DNA from: Toensbergia leucococca
Lineage: Eukaryota
Reading direction: 5' to 3'
Length of the DNA: 53,861 nt
Assembly: GCA_022813965.1 (NCBI GenBank)
Contig: JALDZS010000160.1
Coordinates: 1 to 53,861 of the forward strand
Shown: positions 37,128 to 49,470 of the stretch, one piece after another
Layout of the letters: each line of letters starts with the position of its first letter
How positions within the stretch are numbered: position 1 is the first letter of the stretch
Position numbers and translations under genes: made by a program
Notes under the pieces: model-generated
The model's input: only the letters and a program-made list of their open reading frames with translations
Database searches by the model: none
Told to the model about the DNA's origin: nothing

Positions 37128-38093
37128 CTACAACCCCAAATGCTTATCAACAGTAATTTTCATATCCTGCGCGATGAGCTGGTGGACCTTGGTCGTCGGA
37201 TTGGTATAGCTCATCCAGAAAACTTCATCGGCTTTGTGCTGCACCTGGCACAGATTCCACAGATCGGTTGTCGGATTCCCATCGCACTCATTGTCTAGTG
37301 ACTGGGTAAAGCCCAACGCCACGGCGTTGTTCAAAAGGCCGGTGATGTAGCCAAAAGAGTCGTAGTAGATCGCCTGAGCGCCAAACGGCTTCAGTGCAGC
37401 TGCAATCTGACTGTTCGCCTGTTGAATCACCGTGCCCCAGGTAGCGACGACCGCATCCGTAGCCCCAGGCAAAAATGCTTTGGTGACGGGGGCAAGATGC
37501 TTGGGGTAGATGTTGGCTACCATGACGTAGGGGGCCCCTTTGGCGATTAAAGCCTTCACCTGCGCAGCAATGCGGGTGGAGATTTGTGTCGCGAAGTCGG
37601 TGTTCTTGGGATCTCCACCCCAGTAAGCGTCCGTGTGCGCAGACAGGTCGTTGTTGACCCAGATGAATTGCATCGAAGTCTTGACGCCCTTGGAGCCGCT
37701 GGCCGAATAGTTGCCTATTTGCTGAACGACGGATTGGACTGTGCAAGGGGTGTAGGCCTGGTCAATGGTCGCGCCGATGGTCGAACCTCCGTTTGTGCCG
37801 CCGAAGGCATAGTCTCTTAAGGGCAAACCCATCATTTGGGCCAGGTAAGAGATGGCGACTGGGCCGTTGGTCCAGGTACCGAAGCCGTAGATGGTTTCCG
37901 GGTCGCCAGCGACGCCGTGGGCAGAGCTACCTGAGCCGTTATCTGAGAGCTCATCGCCGAAGGCGACAATTTGACTGAATGGATATTTGGTGCCTCGAGC
38001 GTTGAGGGAGTGCTCTAAAGTTACAGGAGTTGGAATACATAAAGCGACAGTACAAGTAGCGAGTATACGTAAGAGATAAGTGTTGGTATGCAT
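37128..38093 (-). CDS. Secreted SGNH/GDSL-fold (CE16-like) protein with altered catalytic motifs
   Basis: Signal-peptide-like N-terminus; blocks IVAFGDELSDNG, WTNGPV, DYAFGG, NNDL and FWMSYTNPTTKVHQLIA; intronless. Confidence 0.85.
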   Translation of the reverse strand: MHTNTYLLRILATCTVALCIPTPVTLEHSLNARGTKYPFSQIVAFGDELSDNGSGSSAHGVAGDPETIYGFGTWTNGPVAISYLAQMMGLPLRDYAFGGTNGGSTIGATIDQAYTPCTVQSVVQQIGNYSASGSKGVKTSMQFIWVNNDLSAHTDAYWGGDPKNTDFATQISTRIAAQVKALIAKGAPYVMVANIYPKHLAPVTKAFLPGATDAVVATWGTVIQQANSQIAAALKPFGAQAIYYDSFGYITGLLNNAVALGFTQSLDNECDGNPTTDLWNLCQVQHKADEVFWMSYTNPTTKVHQLIAQDMKITVDKHLGL

Positions 38094-40670
38094 TATTTAG
38101 AGGTTCTGATGAGAATGAGACAAGTAAAGACCGTAATTTGAAAGTACAATTGACCAAATGAGCGTGTGGTACGAAAATGAGGGTGATGATCAACAATTAT
38201 CAAGATGGGGGACTGGTATATAATAAAGAGGAGAAACGGAACTGAAAGGGTTTTTGGTATGAAACATCACCATGTTGGCTGCTTGAATACTAGTAAAGCG
38301 TTTAAATTCAGGAACTTCAATCCCGAGAGGGGGGCTTCGGGGGAGGAGGAGGAGTGGAGATGCGGGTCATAGTAGATGTACCGCGCACGAAACAGCCACC
38401 CGGGGAATGCCTGCTGCATGTATTCGGAGCGTGTAGTTTGTAGTGGAGAAGGATGTCGTAGATTAAATTGCAACGAAATATTTCTCAAGTCTCTCTTTAT
38501 GACCGCTGTCATTTTCGGCCATGTGCTTGGTGACTCTTTGACCAGACCTCATTTTGGGTCCCTCGGACTAGTTGATATATTTGTAAGAGATGAGCGAGAA
38601 GAGTCATCATATGTTGATGACTGAATCGATAGAAGAAGCAGGCAATATCATGTTACTCAAACATGCTGAAGAAGAAAGCTCGTTTCATTGAAATTGCAAG
38701 GGCAGCGCTAGTCTAACGATCTAAATAGATCTCGGTGCGGCTAACTGAGAAAAGAATCGTGGCCGAGATGATCTTTGACCACTTCCACTTGTTGTCTGAA
38801 CTATGATTATATAGACAAGGAGAGGAGGTGTACTGACGTATTTGAGCGTTGAACTCAATCAGGCCACTCCTACCTAATGCCTTGTCAGTCAGACCAGGCG
38901 CGCAGTCCTTTTTTTTGGAAGACCACGGCCTAGCCAACCTATTGAACTACAACCAAAGTCAAAAACATGATACTCTCCTGTTCTGGTGTTGCAGCCAGGT
39001 AGAAAACCATGAAATGGGGGGGAGTCAATGTACCAAAAAGGAGTTTCAGTGCATCAGTAGGCTATATACTTCAAACCCCGGCACTTCTGTCACATACGAC
39101 CACAGACTGAGGGATATTGGGCATCCCGTCCGCTCTGCCATACACAAATCTCAGATCGGCTGATTAGTAGTTGGGTCGGTGACGACCAGCGAATCCCAGC
39201 TGTTGTATGTTTTTCTTTTTGGGAGTTTTTGTCTGCCATGTTCGCCAAAATTCGGGTGGTGAGAACTGGGTTGTTTTTTGATTAGTGATGTGGATTTGAG
39301 ACGCGTTGAGCTGACTGGACTGAAGTGTTGAGGAGATGAAGCTGGTTTCTTGAGAATGGTTCGAGGAGAGAGAAGAGTGGAGGAGAGTTTTGGGTTTTTT
39401 ACATTTAGGGGGTTGAGGAGGATGGTGTGTTTTGTTTGATTTAGACGTGTTAGAATGGCCTACCCGGCATCTCCCTTCCCTTCTTTCAACCCCCCTTATC
39501 TAAAATATCGACCCCCAAAAGAAATACAAATGTGATCATAATCGTCCGTTAGTTGCATCTGATAATGAAATGGCGATTTTGAGGATGGATGAAGGGGCTA
39601 GACTAGGGAGTGCCGCGTTGGATGTTGCAAGTAAATGATGTCGAGAATAGAACGGGGGTTTTATAAGGAAAGGGAGCGTTTGAGGTTGAGGGGTGCGTGA
39701 TAGGAAGAGGGACGAAAGGGGGGAGGCGGTGTTGGCCGTTTGGGCGAAGGAGAACTTTGGTGCGGGTTTGGATTGGAGGAAGTGGTGATGGGCTTTGGGA
39801 GGGGATGTTGGGGAGACAGAGACGAGAAAAACTTCACAATTCTGGAGGAATAACTCTGAGGAGGGCCTAGACGAGGGAAGAAGTGGCCCGCTTGGGGAGA
39901 AGAGTCTGATGGGAGAGGTAGGCGTAGAGGAGACCTGTGAGGAAGATCAGTAGGTAGTTGCTGGAGAAAATTCGCTTTGGGGAAGGATGAGCTGTTTAGG
40001 AATAAGTGACTCTCGGGTAGAATTAGTTGGTTGAAAAGGAGGAGGTAATGGAGAGAAGTATGGTGGAAATTTGAGGAAAGATGAGGCTGGAGGATGAGGT
40101 ATTGAAGAGACTATTTGGTCGTTTGTGGAGAAATGGATGTTATGGAGAAGTAGTCTGCGTGAAGAAGTAGTCGTCGTGGAGAACTAGTCATTTAGGGAGA
40201 CAGACTACGTGATTGAAGTAAGTAGTGAGGAAAAATAGAAGAGTATTCATTTGGAGAGAAGGAAGTACAAAAGAGAAGGGGTCATCCGGGACGTAAAAGT
40301 CTTTGAAATGAAGTAGATATTGGAACAGTCAAATGATATACAATCTTTCCTCCGAATTAAGACATGAAGCACCCCCATTCTTCCCACAGACACAGTAAGT
40401 CCCACCTTAGCAATCTGAACCATCTCCAAGCCTGCCAGCTAAGTATTCAACGACCGGATCCGCAAGCATCAACACCTGGTGAACGGCAGCCAAGCATACC
40501 CAATATATCAATACGCAAGCATGATTTATACAAGCATTTCCCATCTCCCAGACAGGAGCAACAGCAGTGAACAAGCACTGTATTGCTCAACCACCTTTCC
40601 CAGAAAAACGCAGCACGCAATGAGAAGGCAAGAACTTCTTTCTAGGACATCGCTCTCCGCCTCTGACTCA

Positions 40671-41619
40671 TTAGCTTTGGGAAGCATCTCTTGTGCGAGT
40701 CCCTTGCACTAGTCGCCGTCGTTTGGCAATCGGGCTTGTCGGATGAGCAGCGGATATAGCTGTCACAGCGGGTTTGGATGTAGCAGCGGATGTGGCGGTG
40801 GTAGCGGATGCGGCCGAGCTTGCGTTGCGACGACGCACACGAGTCTCGACCATCTCTGGAATGTTTGCAAGAAACTCGCATTCAGGGAAATCTCCGGTCT
40901 TACTTGTCCAATGAGCTTCGATGAGATCAACAACAGCTCTGACATCTTCAAAGGTCTTGTTTTTTCCCAAGTGTTCTTGCAAGAATCTCGTTTGGCAGGG
41001 AATGAAGTCGTTTTTGGCTATCTTCTTCCCGGTACTGGTAGCTTTGGCTTGAGCTTTTTTCTTTTCGTCGTCGTAGTATGCTTGGATGATGCCAGCATCA
41101 TAAGCAGAACCCCTTTCGACTAGAAGCTTGTCTTCGGCTACCATTTTGTCATTCTCTGCCCTACGAAGAGCAATTTCCCAGCTTTGGACAGCACCCCAGT
41201 CCTCCATATTGTTAAGTTGATCCTTGACAAGCGTGATTTGAGTGTAGAAGAAGCAATTTCCAGTGCGATATCGGCCGCGCTGATAGTGTTTGCGGCAGTA
41301 CCAGACCCAGACATGGACTGGGATTTGTTTGGTGGACTGCTTGTTCCGGCCAAAAATGTGTGACACCACCTTGCGGGGCGGTGACTTGGTGACACAGTCT
41401 CTTATAAAGGTACATTTCTGACATTCAGAAGTGTCTGGAGTCTTTTCGTTCTCGGATGAAGATGGTACTACTGTAATTAGTAAGGAAGATAAGCTAAAAA
41501 GAGTATCACCTCGTAGTATGTGGAATGTATTGCTTACACATGAGCACGGGCTCGTCTTCTGTGACTGATGAAGACGTAGCACGGCTTTTGCCAAGATTCC
41601 TCAACTTCGGAGTCGGCAT
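40671..41619 (-). CDS. Fungal hypothetical protein with RKVVSHIFGRNK/YCRKHYQR domain ('ORP1-like')
   Basis: ATG 41619 (MPTPKLRN); intron 41537-41471 (GTAAGC...CTAATTACAG) joins in frame; conserved-looking block C...RKVVSHIFGRNK..TKQIP..VWVWYCRKHYQRGRYR and FPECEFL; C-terminal NLS-like KRRR. Confidence 0.72.
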
Positions 41620-43286
41620 CGATATGCCAAGAGTCAAATTTGGAATGCTGATAACCGGGTCCGGCGCGGTCAGAGTTGATTCTGATGCTCTAAATGTCTG
41701 AAGTTAGAGGTTCAGTCGTCAAAGAGACACCTGTGTTGAAAAGGGCAGTAGTGGAGATGGCTTCGATGGTAGGCTTAAAGAGTGAGTGATGGGATGTGAT
41801 ATGGTTGTGCTTAAGAATGGAGGGAGGGAGAAATCCTGGTGCTTATATGCTCAGGGTATGACTGAGATGGGCACCCATTCACTGACTGCTGCTTGGATTC
41901 AGGAGTCTCGTGCCCAGATTCACCTGCTTCCCTATGTCCCCGGACAAGGGATGGACCGCTGGGCACATTCCTCTTCACCATTCTCAGCCAAGGGTATTCA
42001 CTTGAGCCTTCGCTGTGTACTGATTTACTGCTATGGAAAGCATTCTCTGAGTTCACTGGATTTAACAGTGATTTGATATACATGATGGTCCGAGGCCAGC
42101 GGTTCTTCAAGAATAAATGGATACAGAAAGATGGAAAACGGGAGATAGGACGAGTTTACTCAAATGACATTGAAGGAGGATAGAGAATCTCGGAGTCTGA
42201 TCTAGTGAACTGTCACGCTAGGGTTGCAAGCCATTCAAGGTCTAGTACGACTGAGAATTATGCTTATGAGTGTGAGAGTTTGAAAGGAAGCTTAATTTGA
42301 ACAAGATACGGAAGGCAGAGAACAAATGTTGCAAGAAAACGGTCACAGCAACTGACAAGGACATTAGAGGAGCAAAAAGCACAAATGAGCAATTAAAGGC
42401 CCTCTGCATGACTAACTATCCCAAGATCATGCCAACGTGATGCTGCTTCCCCAGGATTCTTTTGCTCGGGGAATCATCTTAGGAAGTCTGACCATGGTCC
42501 AGCTTCATCTATGAATCTTTTGAAGCGGAAAAGAGACTGGTAGAGAGAATCAACGTTCGATATCGACAGCGTGAAGCAACTGAAAGACAATCCCATCAGC
42601 ATTATAATAGGCAGCTTGATTGGGTTTGGTTTGTGGGGGGGAAGTCAACCTCATGCCAAGCTATTCCTACTAAGTCCTCGCGATAAGCTCATTTGTCTAC
42701 GGCCTGTAAAAGGAAGACCAGCCTTTCGGAGATTATTGTAGATTTCTTTTGTATCTTCCATTGACACAAAACGATCCAACCAATAGTGCTTTCTTCAGGA
42801 AGTTACAATATTTGCTGACTAAACATTGTATAGAGCAAGATGGTGTCGGGTCGTCTTCAACATGTTGCCTTGTGCTAATTCACGACCTTCAGGTATTCAT
42901 AGTCTGTTCCTGCCTTAATTTCATGTTCCCGGTAGTCCTATCGCCTTTAGAAGAAATCCATGCGAAGATTCATTCCACATAGATATAAGATTTCAATGAA
43001 ATAAAGTGTTAGCAGTCTGGCCCCGCTATACGCTATTGAGTGAGAGAGTGTTATGAGGTAATGAGCCTGAACAGTGTTGTAAGACCTACCTCGTTGGTTA
43101 ACAAATTCCTTCCCTGCTAAGCAACTGTCAAACAGGATGCTGTGATTTGAAAGGACAGCATTATATGAGGTCTGAGCAGAAATCTCGAAATCTCACGAAA
43201 TTGCAGTGCCACATCAGATGATAGGCGGACTTACGTAACTGGATGTCTGGAGCAGTCGAAAGGGTGCATAGGATACGGATACGAGT

Positions 43287-43405
43287 GGCTCGGAGGCTAC
43301 TGATACACTGACATCCCTTTTCGACATATTGACACCTGTCTGAAGAAAACGTGTTTGATTTAAGTAAAGAGATGTCAGTGTATCAGCGACAGCAGCCCTC
43401 GAGCC
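43287..43405. repeat. Inverted repeat / stem-loop (21-bp core arms)
   Basis: 43300-43320 CTGATACACTGACATCCCTTT versus 43366-43386 AAAGAGATGTCAGTGTATCAG (20/21 complementary), plus imperfect outer arms GGCTCGGAGGCT / AGCCCTCGAGCC. Confidence 0.9.
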
Positions 43406-43974
43406 CTAAAGAAACCACAACCGACCTCGGGACGAGGGACTCGGATGGATGATCCACGCGGGCACTAGGTTGTTTTAGGGTTAGGTTTGTTTACTTCGCT
43501 ACGAATGGGATCCCTGCATCGATCGTCTGAGAAGACAACGCAACCCACTCTCGAGCCACTTTATCTCTCCGTACATGTAGATTGTGGTACCTCTTACACT
43601 CATGCTACGATGCATCATATATGCATCATATGTGTATGACATTGTGATGATCGGGATAACCTGCTTTGCTGGAAGTTGCAGTTGAAATAGAGGCCTTGAG
43701 CAGGTGTCGAGTCCAAGCCTCCCGATAAAGAATTCCCCAGCCACCGCGGCCTCGTCAACCCCAAGCCTAGTGACTTGATCTTCGACACTCACAGTCCCAT
43801 GAAGTTAGACACTGTATTAGCTAATGACGATTGCTGGATTCGAGGCATTCTCCAGACACTACTACTCTTTCTTCCCACAATTCCCCTCTTCTAGGACCTC
43901 CATCTCTCCAGCTTGATAATTTAGCTAGTCCGTTTACAAAACACACTGTCAACGACCAATTACTCACATCAAAC

Positions 43975-46793
43975 ATGTCATCTAAGATGGCGAAGGATGC
44001 CTTTGGTGGCTCCCATACTGCCGGCATCTATGCTGATATGACTGTGGACGGCCCAGAAATTGGTACATTGGTCGCTGTTGTGGATCGAGCAAGGAATTTG
44101 CCAAACAGAAAAACAATGGGTAAACAGAATCCCTATTGTGCTGCTAGGCTTGGGAAAGAAGCCAAGAAAACAGACACGGACAAGCGTGGAGGCCAGACAC
44201 CTCGATGGTAAGCATCAACGTCGATAATGGTGGGAGTAAGCTAACGCTACATAGGGACCAAGAGATGCGGTTCAATGTTCATGACTCGCCCGATTATTAT
44301 CAGCTCAAAGTTTCCGTTTTCAATGACGATAAGAAGACGGAATTGATAGGAGAAACATGGGTGGGCTTGGACCAAGTCATTGTACCTGGCGGAGGGCAAA
44401 ATGACCTGTGGCATAATCTCAATTGCAAAGGAAGGTACGCTGGTGAGATTCGAATCGAGCTCACCTACTACGATACTCGACAGAAGGAGGAGAAAGTCAC
44501 AGAAAGACGGCAGGAAAGCACTCTCAATGGCCTCGATGACCGAGAAAGGGAGGCAGTTGGTGGACCTAGGCAACCTAAGCAAGTGAAACGCAGACCGTTG
44601 CCTGCTGACCCGACCGACTCATCATCACAACGCCCAACAATGCCAGACCACTCTCAATCGTCGCCCTTTCCTTTCACGCCCTCACGAAACGACCAGCCAC
44701 TTCCTAGCCTTCCGCAGCAATCTTTGCAGCACCCTATAGATCATGGTCCAGAACACACATTTCCTCCAGATAACCGATATCAATACGCCCAGCAAAACGA
44801 ATTACGAGGATCTCCACCAACCTATGATGATTTTGATCGCAAGACTCATGAAGGTGATTTGGAGAATACCGCTTCGCCGAGACAACTACTTCCCACACAT
44901 TACGAGACCTATGACTCGAATGGTAATCTCTATAGCCCCGATACTAACCTGCCTCACAATCCTGCTTCGCGCGGAGAGATATACCAAGACACTTCACCTG
45001 ACTATGGAGCGCCTCAAGGATTCAGACCTCCCCCAGCTCTAGAATTGTATAGAGATTCTTCACAGAACGGTAACCTACCAACACTACCTCCCTTTCAACC
45101 GAGAAATACAAGGCCACCTGCTCATCCACTGATTGCTAGAGATGCTTTTGGCAATCTTTACTCAAACCAAGACTCTTCATTGCCTCAGCAGCATTCCATG
45201 CCTGATGTCCGCCAACAGCGACAATTCCAATCATTTAGTAGTGCAGAATACGAACAGTCACCACCAAGGAGTAGCACGTACGACGGCAATCCTTTGCGGC
45301 ACCGCTCGTTGGATAACAGCAATGATACACGTTCTGGTCCGGTCGAAGCCTCACAAGATGAAGATGGACCCCCACCGCCTCCTCCAGTCCACCGAAGTAG
45401 CGGATTGATTTCTCCGACCCAGCCCGGTGATCGAAATTCCGCAGAGAACTATCAGCAGGTATCTGCACCTCCTCCCCTGAATATTCGCAATGCTCGTGGA
45501 AGCATCTCGGCTAGTCCCCTATCTCAGGTTCAGACCAACCTCCCAAGATCTGCATATGCGCCGTCAATCTCTCCTACAAATTCGCACGGCTTCTCACAAT
45601 CGGGCCCATCGATGTCAAGCCATACGTCATATAGTCAATTGAATCGACAGCAGTCTCAAGACCCAACGCTATCATCGCCGACAAAAGAATATGGTCAAGG
45701 AATGCCACCCAGTCTTGTCCCAGGATACGATCCAAACATAGCGCAGGACGAATCCGAAAGGCTAATATATGAGAATCAAATGGGCTCTAGGCAGATGAAT
45801 TCCAATGAGGCAGTCCCAACGTACGACCGATCGCCAGTATACAATGAGCAATCACGAATACAACAGTTAGTCCCCTATAATGAGCAACAGACTCCACTTC
45901 GCCAGGTAAATGATCGCGACAGAAGGGAACCTCGTTCCTCTGCTCCTATGATCAAGCCGAATGCTGTCAGTCCAAATCCTCGAACGCCAGTGCGAAAGTC
46001 TGTCAGTCCGCAACCTCAGCCAGCAAACAATGGAAGACGCCTTTCCGCAATACCATTCTCTCCTGATTCTTACGATGCTTTCAATCCGAATCTCAGCTCC
46101 GTTTCAAGTGTGAATTCACCAGGACCGAAATACAATACTCCAGAACAAGCAAAAGAAGCTTCTCGCCAACATGATCGAGAAGCTAAATTGGAAGACGGTC
46201 CCATTATTGGCAATGATGGCAAGGTAATTGATCCCTCAGACCATCTGCCTACGGATACTTGGGCCCCCGAGCCTGAACGAAAGACTCCTCGGAAAGGCCC
46301 TGAAGTAACACTCCGATACAAGAACAGTCCTAAAGGGGCTCAACCAATGCCTTCCCCTGGAAGTCGATCATTGCGCGACCCAGCAATGCGTCCTCTCTCG
46401 GTCTCTACGCCCATATACTCCCACACACCAGAACAGATCTCTCCATCATCGGCGAATCGCAATCGTCTCCAAAAGAAATCCCGAGTGTCCCCGGCATTAC
46501 CAACTTCCAGTCCCATTGTTCCCACAATCGGCAGCGGCCCACGTGCTCCCATGCCCAGGACGTCTGCATCCGAATATCCGCTACGGGAACATGAAAATTA
46601 TGGTTATGGCAGTAGTCCTACGTACGCCAGAATCTCGCCTGCTGCCACGAGGCCGCCTCCGGTCCCAGGGAAGATACCGTTGGTGATGGGACAAGAGGAG
46701 TGGGGTGCGAATACGTTGAGTGATGAGATGTCAAGGATTGATATTGGGGTTGGTGGAGGCGGGGGTCGGGCTAGGAGGAGTAGGTTTGCTTGA
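43975..46793 (+). CDS. fic1: C2-domain cytokinesis ingression protein Inn1/Fic1
   Basis: N-terminal C2 domain (RARNLPNRKTMGKQNPYC...GGQTPRW|DQE...YAGEIRIELTYYD) followed by a long PxxP-rich tail (DPSDHLPTDTWAPEPE, PPPVPGKIP). Intron 44208-44254. Confidence 0.82.
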
Positions 46794-47506
46794 ATTGACG
46801 GGGTTTTCTTACAGAGCGACAATCTATGAAGATATTGTTGGGAGAGAATGCTTGGGATATATATACGGGCGTGATGTTTTCTCATTATTAATTATAGAGG
46901 AATATGTGCTCATGCTCGGGATCACGCACTATACGGGACTTGCTTTTGATAGAAACGCTGGGGTTTAACGGGGGAGGTTGTCTGAGTGTTTTTGTTTTGT
47001 GTTCCCAGGCTGGGCTTTGCTGATATAGCTATTGTATCAGTTTTATGAATATAGAACCGTAAGGTCTGCCATTTAGGGATATGAACCGGTCTAACAGAGG
47101 TACGACTAGAGATAGATAGGTCGTGAATTGACTTTTGTAAAATTGAAAGTGGATTTTTGGTCTATGAGATTACTTTATTGACTCATGGGGAGTGTGTCTG
47201 GCATTGTTGTCATTGTTGAATACGTTGAGCTAGGTATAATACTCGTGTATGTTTTTGTGACTTCCTAATGTAAGGGAATTTCTTATCTTTGATCTTTGAT
47301 ATTTTCTCGTCATTTTGTTCACATTTTGGGATGATGGAGTTGTTTGGGATTCTTGCCCAGAAACAACAAGAGGTAGGTGAGCTTCCAATATGTAGCTGAA
47401 GCTCCTCTACATTGCCAACCGCCCCCCCCCCCCAGCCCTCCCTTTAAAAAAAAGAGTTTGGCCAGCCCCCCCTTCCCGAATGTTTCCCCCAATCACCTCA
47501 CCTGTC

Positions 47507-48453
47507 CTACCCCGTCGAGTCCACCAAGCACCCATCAACAACAATCTCCTGCCCGGTGACATACCTCGCCTCCTCGCTCGCCAGAAACAATGCCGCGTAC
47601 GCAACATCCCATGCATCGCCCCTAAACACACACAAGAGCAACTTAGCATACAATTGAACGCAATTGGGCTCTTCCCTCCCCCCCCCCTCCTCTCCTCAAA
47701 AAAAGAAAAAACAAAACAAAACTGTGTGCAAAAAGGACCAGAGATGTCAAAACTCACTTCTTTCCCATAGGGACTTGACTATCCCTCTTCCTGCGATAGC
47801 CCTCATAATCTCCCCCAGCATGTTTATCTGCCAATATCCTGACCAAGGGCGTATCAATCAAAACCCGGCACCACGGTGTTGAGTCGCACCTTCTTCACCG
47901 CATACATGGCAGCGGTCGTTTTGGTGAATTGGATCACAGCAGCTTTGGCGGCCGAATACGCTACTTGCGAATTGCCGATATAACGCAGTCCAGATACCGA
48001 AGAAACATTGACAATGTTGCCGCCATTTGCCTGCTTTTCCATAATGGGCAAGACCAAGTGGCAGTAAAGGTACACGCTCTTCAAGTTGACGTCGATCTGC
48101 CTATCCCATACATCCTCACTTATTTCTACTGGTCCACCAGGCTCGCTTCTACCAACGTTATTTACGAGAATATCAATTCGGCCGTGCTTGGCCATACAAG
48201 CATCAACGACCTCCTTGCAAGAAAGAAAGGAGGTGGCGTCTCCACACATGACGCTGACATTGTGGGAAGAGGATTCGGCTCGGATTTGAGAAGCTGCGGC
48301 CTCAGCGGCAGGGAGGTAAATATCGCAGCCGAAAATGATGGCGCCCTGGCGTGCGAAGAGAGTTGCTATGGTTGTACCACTAACCCAACCTTCGCCGATA
48401 CAGCCAATTCCAGTGATGAGGGCAACTTTCCCGGTAAGGTCATGTATTGGCAT
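47507..48453 (-). pseudogene. Short-chain dehydrogenase/reductase with a single +1 frameshift (pseudogene or assembly error)
   Basis: GKVALITG, DILVNNVG and YSAAK motifs. Deleting one base from the A4 run at 47860-47863 gives NTVVPGLIDTPLV...VPMGK; intron 47757-47622; last exon GDAWDVAYAALFLASEEARYVTGQEIVVDG..STG*. Confidence 0.8.
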
Positions 48454-49470
48454 GCTGATTACTCGAAGATTCAGGTGCTAGAGTGTAGTCTGTCTCGCTA
48501 GGTCGAAGAAGCATCGCGAAATTCCCCAAAATTTAGGACTCTAGGCGGCATGTGGGGTCAGAAGCAAGAGGCGAAGAGACCGTTCCGACTGCGGCCTGTG
48601 AGCCTGAACTGGACGTCTCATCTGAATTTTGAAGATCTAGTTCTGTTATTAGAGAGCTGACTTTTTCTGAATAGGATTCATTGAAGCGTTGAAATGGGCC
48701 GTGAGTTGAGCTGCGGCGTAGTATATATACTCTTAATTGTGCGTTCCTGAAGTCAAAATTCCTTTTCACCTGATATCGATCTCTTGCAAGAACAAGAACA
48801 GCCCGTGACTGTGTCCCCTCTTCACACAGCGCTCGTTCCTCCATGCATAAGCTTTTATCTCATAAATTATTAGATCGAGATCGAGCGACATCTTGTCTGC
48901 CGCTTCCCGTACACTGTTCAGGCACGGCGTCACCATGAGTTGCATGTAAGCAGACTTCCATGGTACTGCTCTTGTTCTTGCACAATTTTGGCTGCGATCG
49001 CCTGTCACTTCAGCTTCAGTGCTTGGCTTCAAACTGACCCTGAGTGTGCTTCTTTTCTTAGATCTCTCAAACTGCACGTGAGCCAGTCTTCATACTCAAT
49101 CTGCATACGTACCTCCCTCATTCCCCCCATCACTTCCATCAACGCATTTGTAATCCCTCCCACACCATAGTGGAGAGCTGATTCATCTTCTACAGTAATG
49201 AGTTGATTTTCAGTCGCGCCCGGTGTGTGTTCTCCGCATGTATGACTCATGTCTTTGAGGCCTTCTGTCGTAGTCATGACTGAAGTGATGAGACAGACTG
49301 ATTTCATCTGACGGAATCATAGGGCTAGGTTGTCAGCACATCAATGGTCAACACCACCTGATGAGTCGCACTCATTGAGTTTTGGTCGATGCAATGCCCT
49401 CTTACTCCATTTGTTGTTTAGGTCTCGTGTCTTCCGCTGGACTGGCACGGCCGCAAAGTTTGGTTCAGTG

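Noticed and set aside
39040..39240. Minus-strand ATG after a CT-rich stretch (MADKNSQK...)
   Set aside because: It stops after 24 codons, the alternative frames are interrupted, and no supportable product was found.
43475..43485. Telomere-like TTAGGGTTAGG
   Set aside because: Fewer than two full units and internal to the sequence; at most a promoter motif, not a telomere or fusion scar.
34820..48453. Secondary-metabolite cluster or mobile element hypothesis
   Set aside because: No PKS, NRPS, terpene synthase, transposase, reverse transcriptase or tyrosine recombinase motifs were seen.
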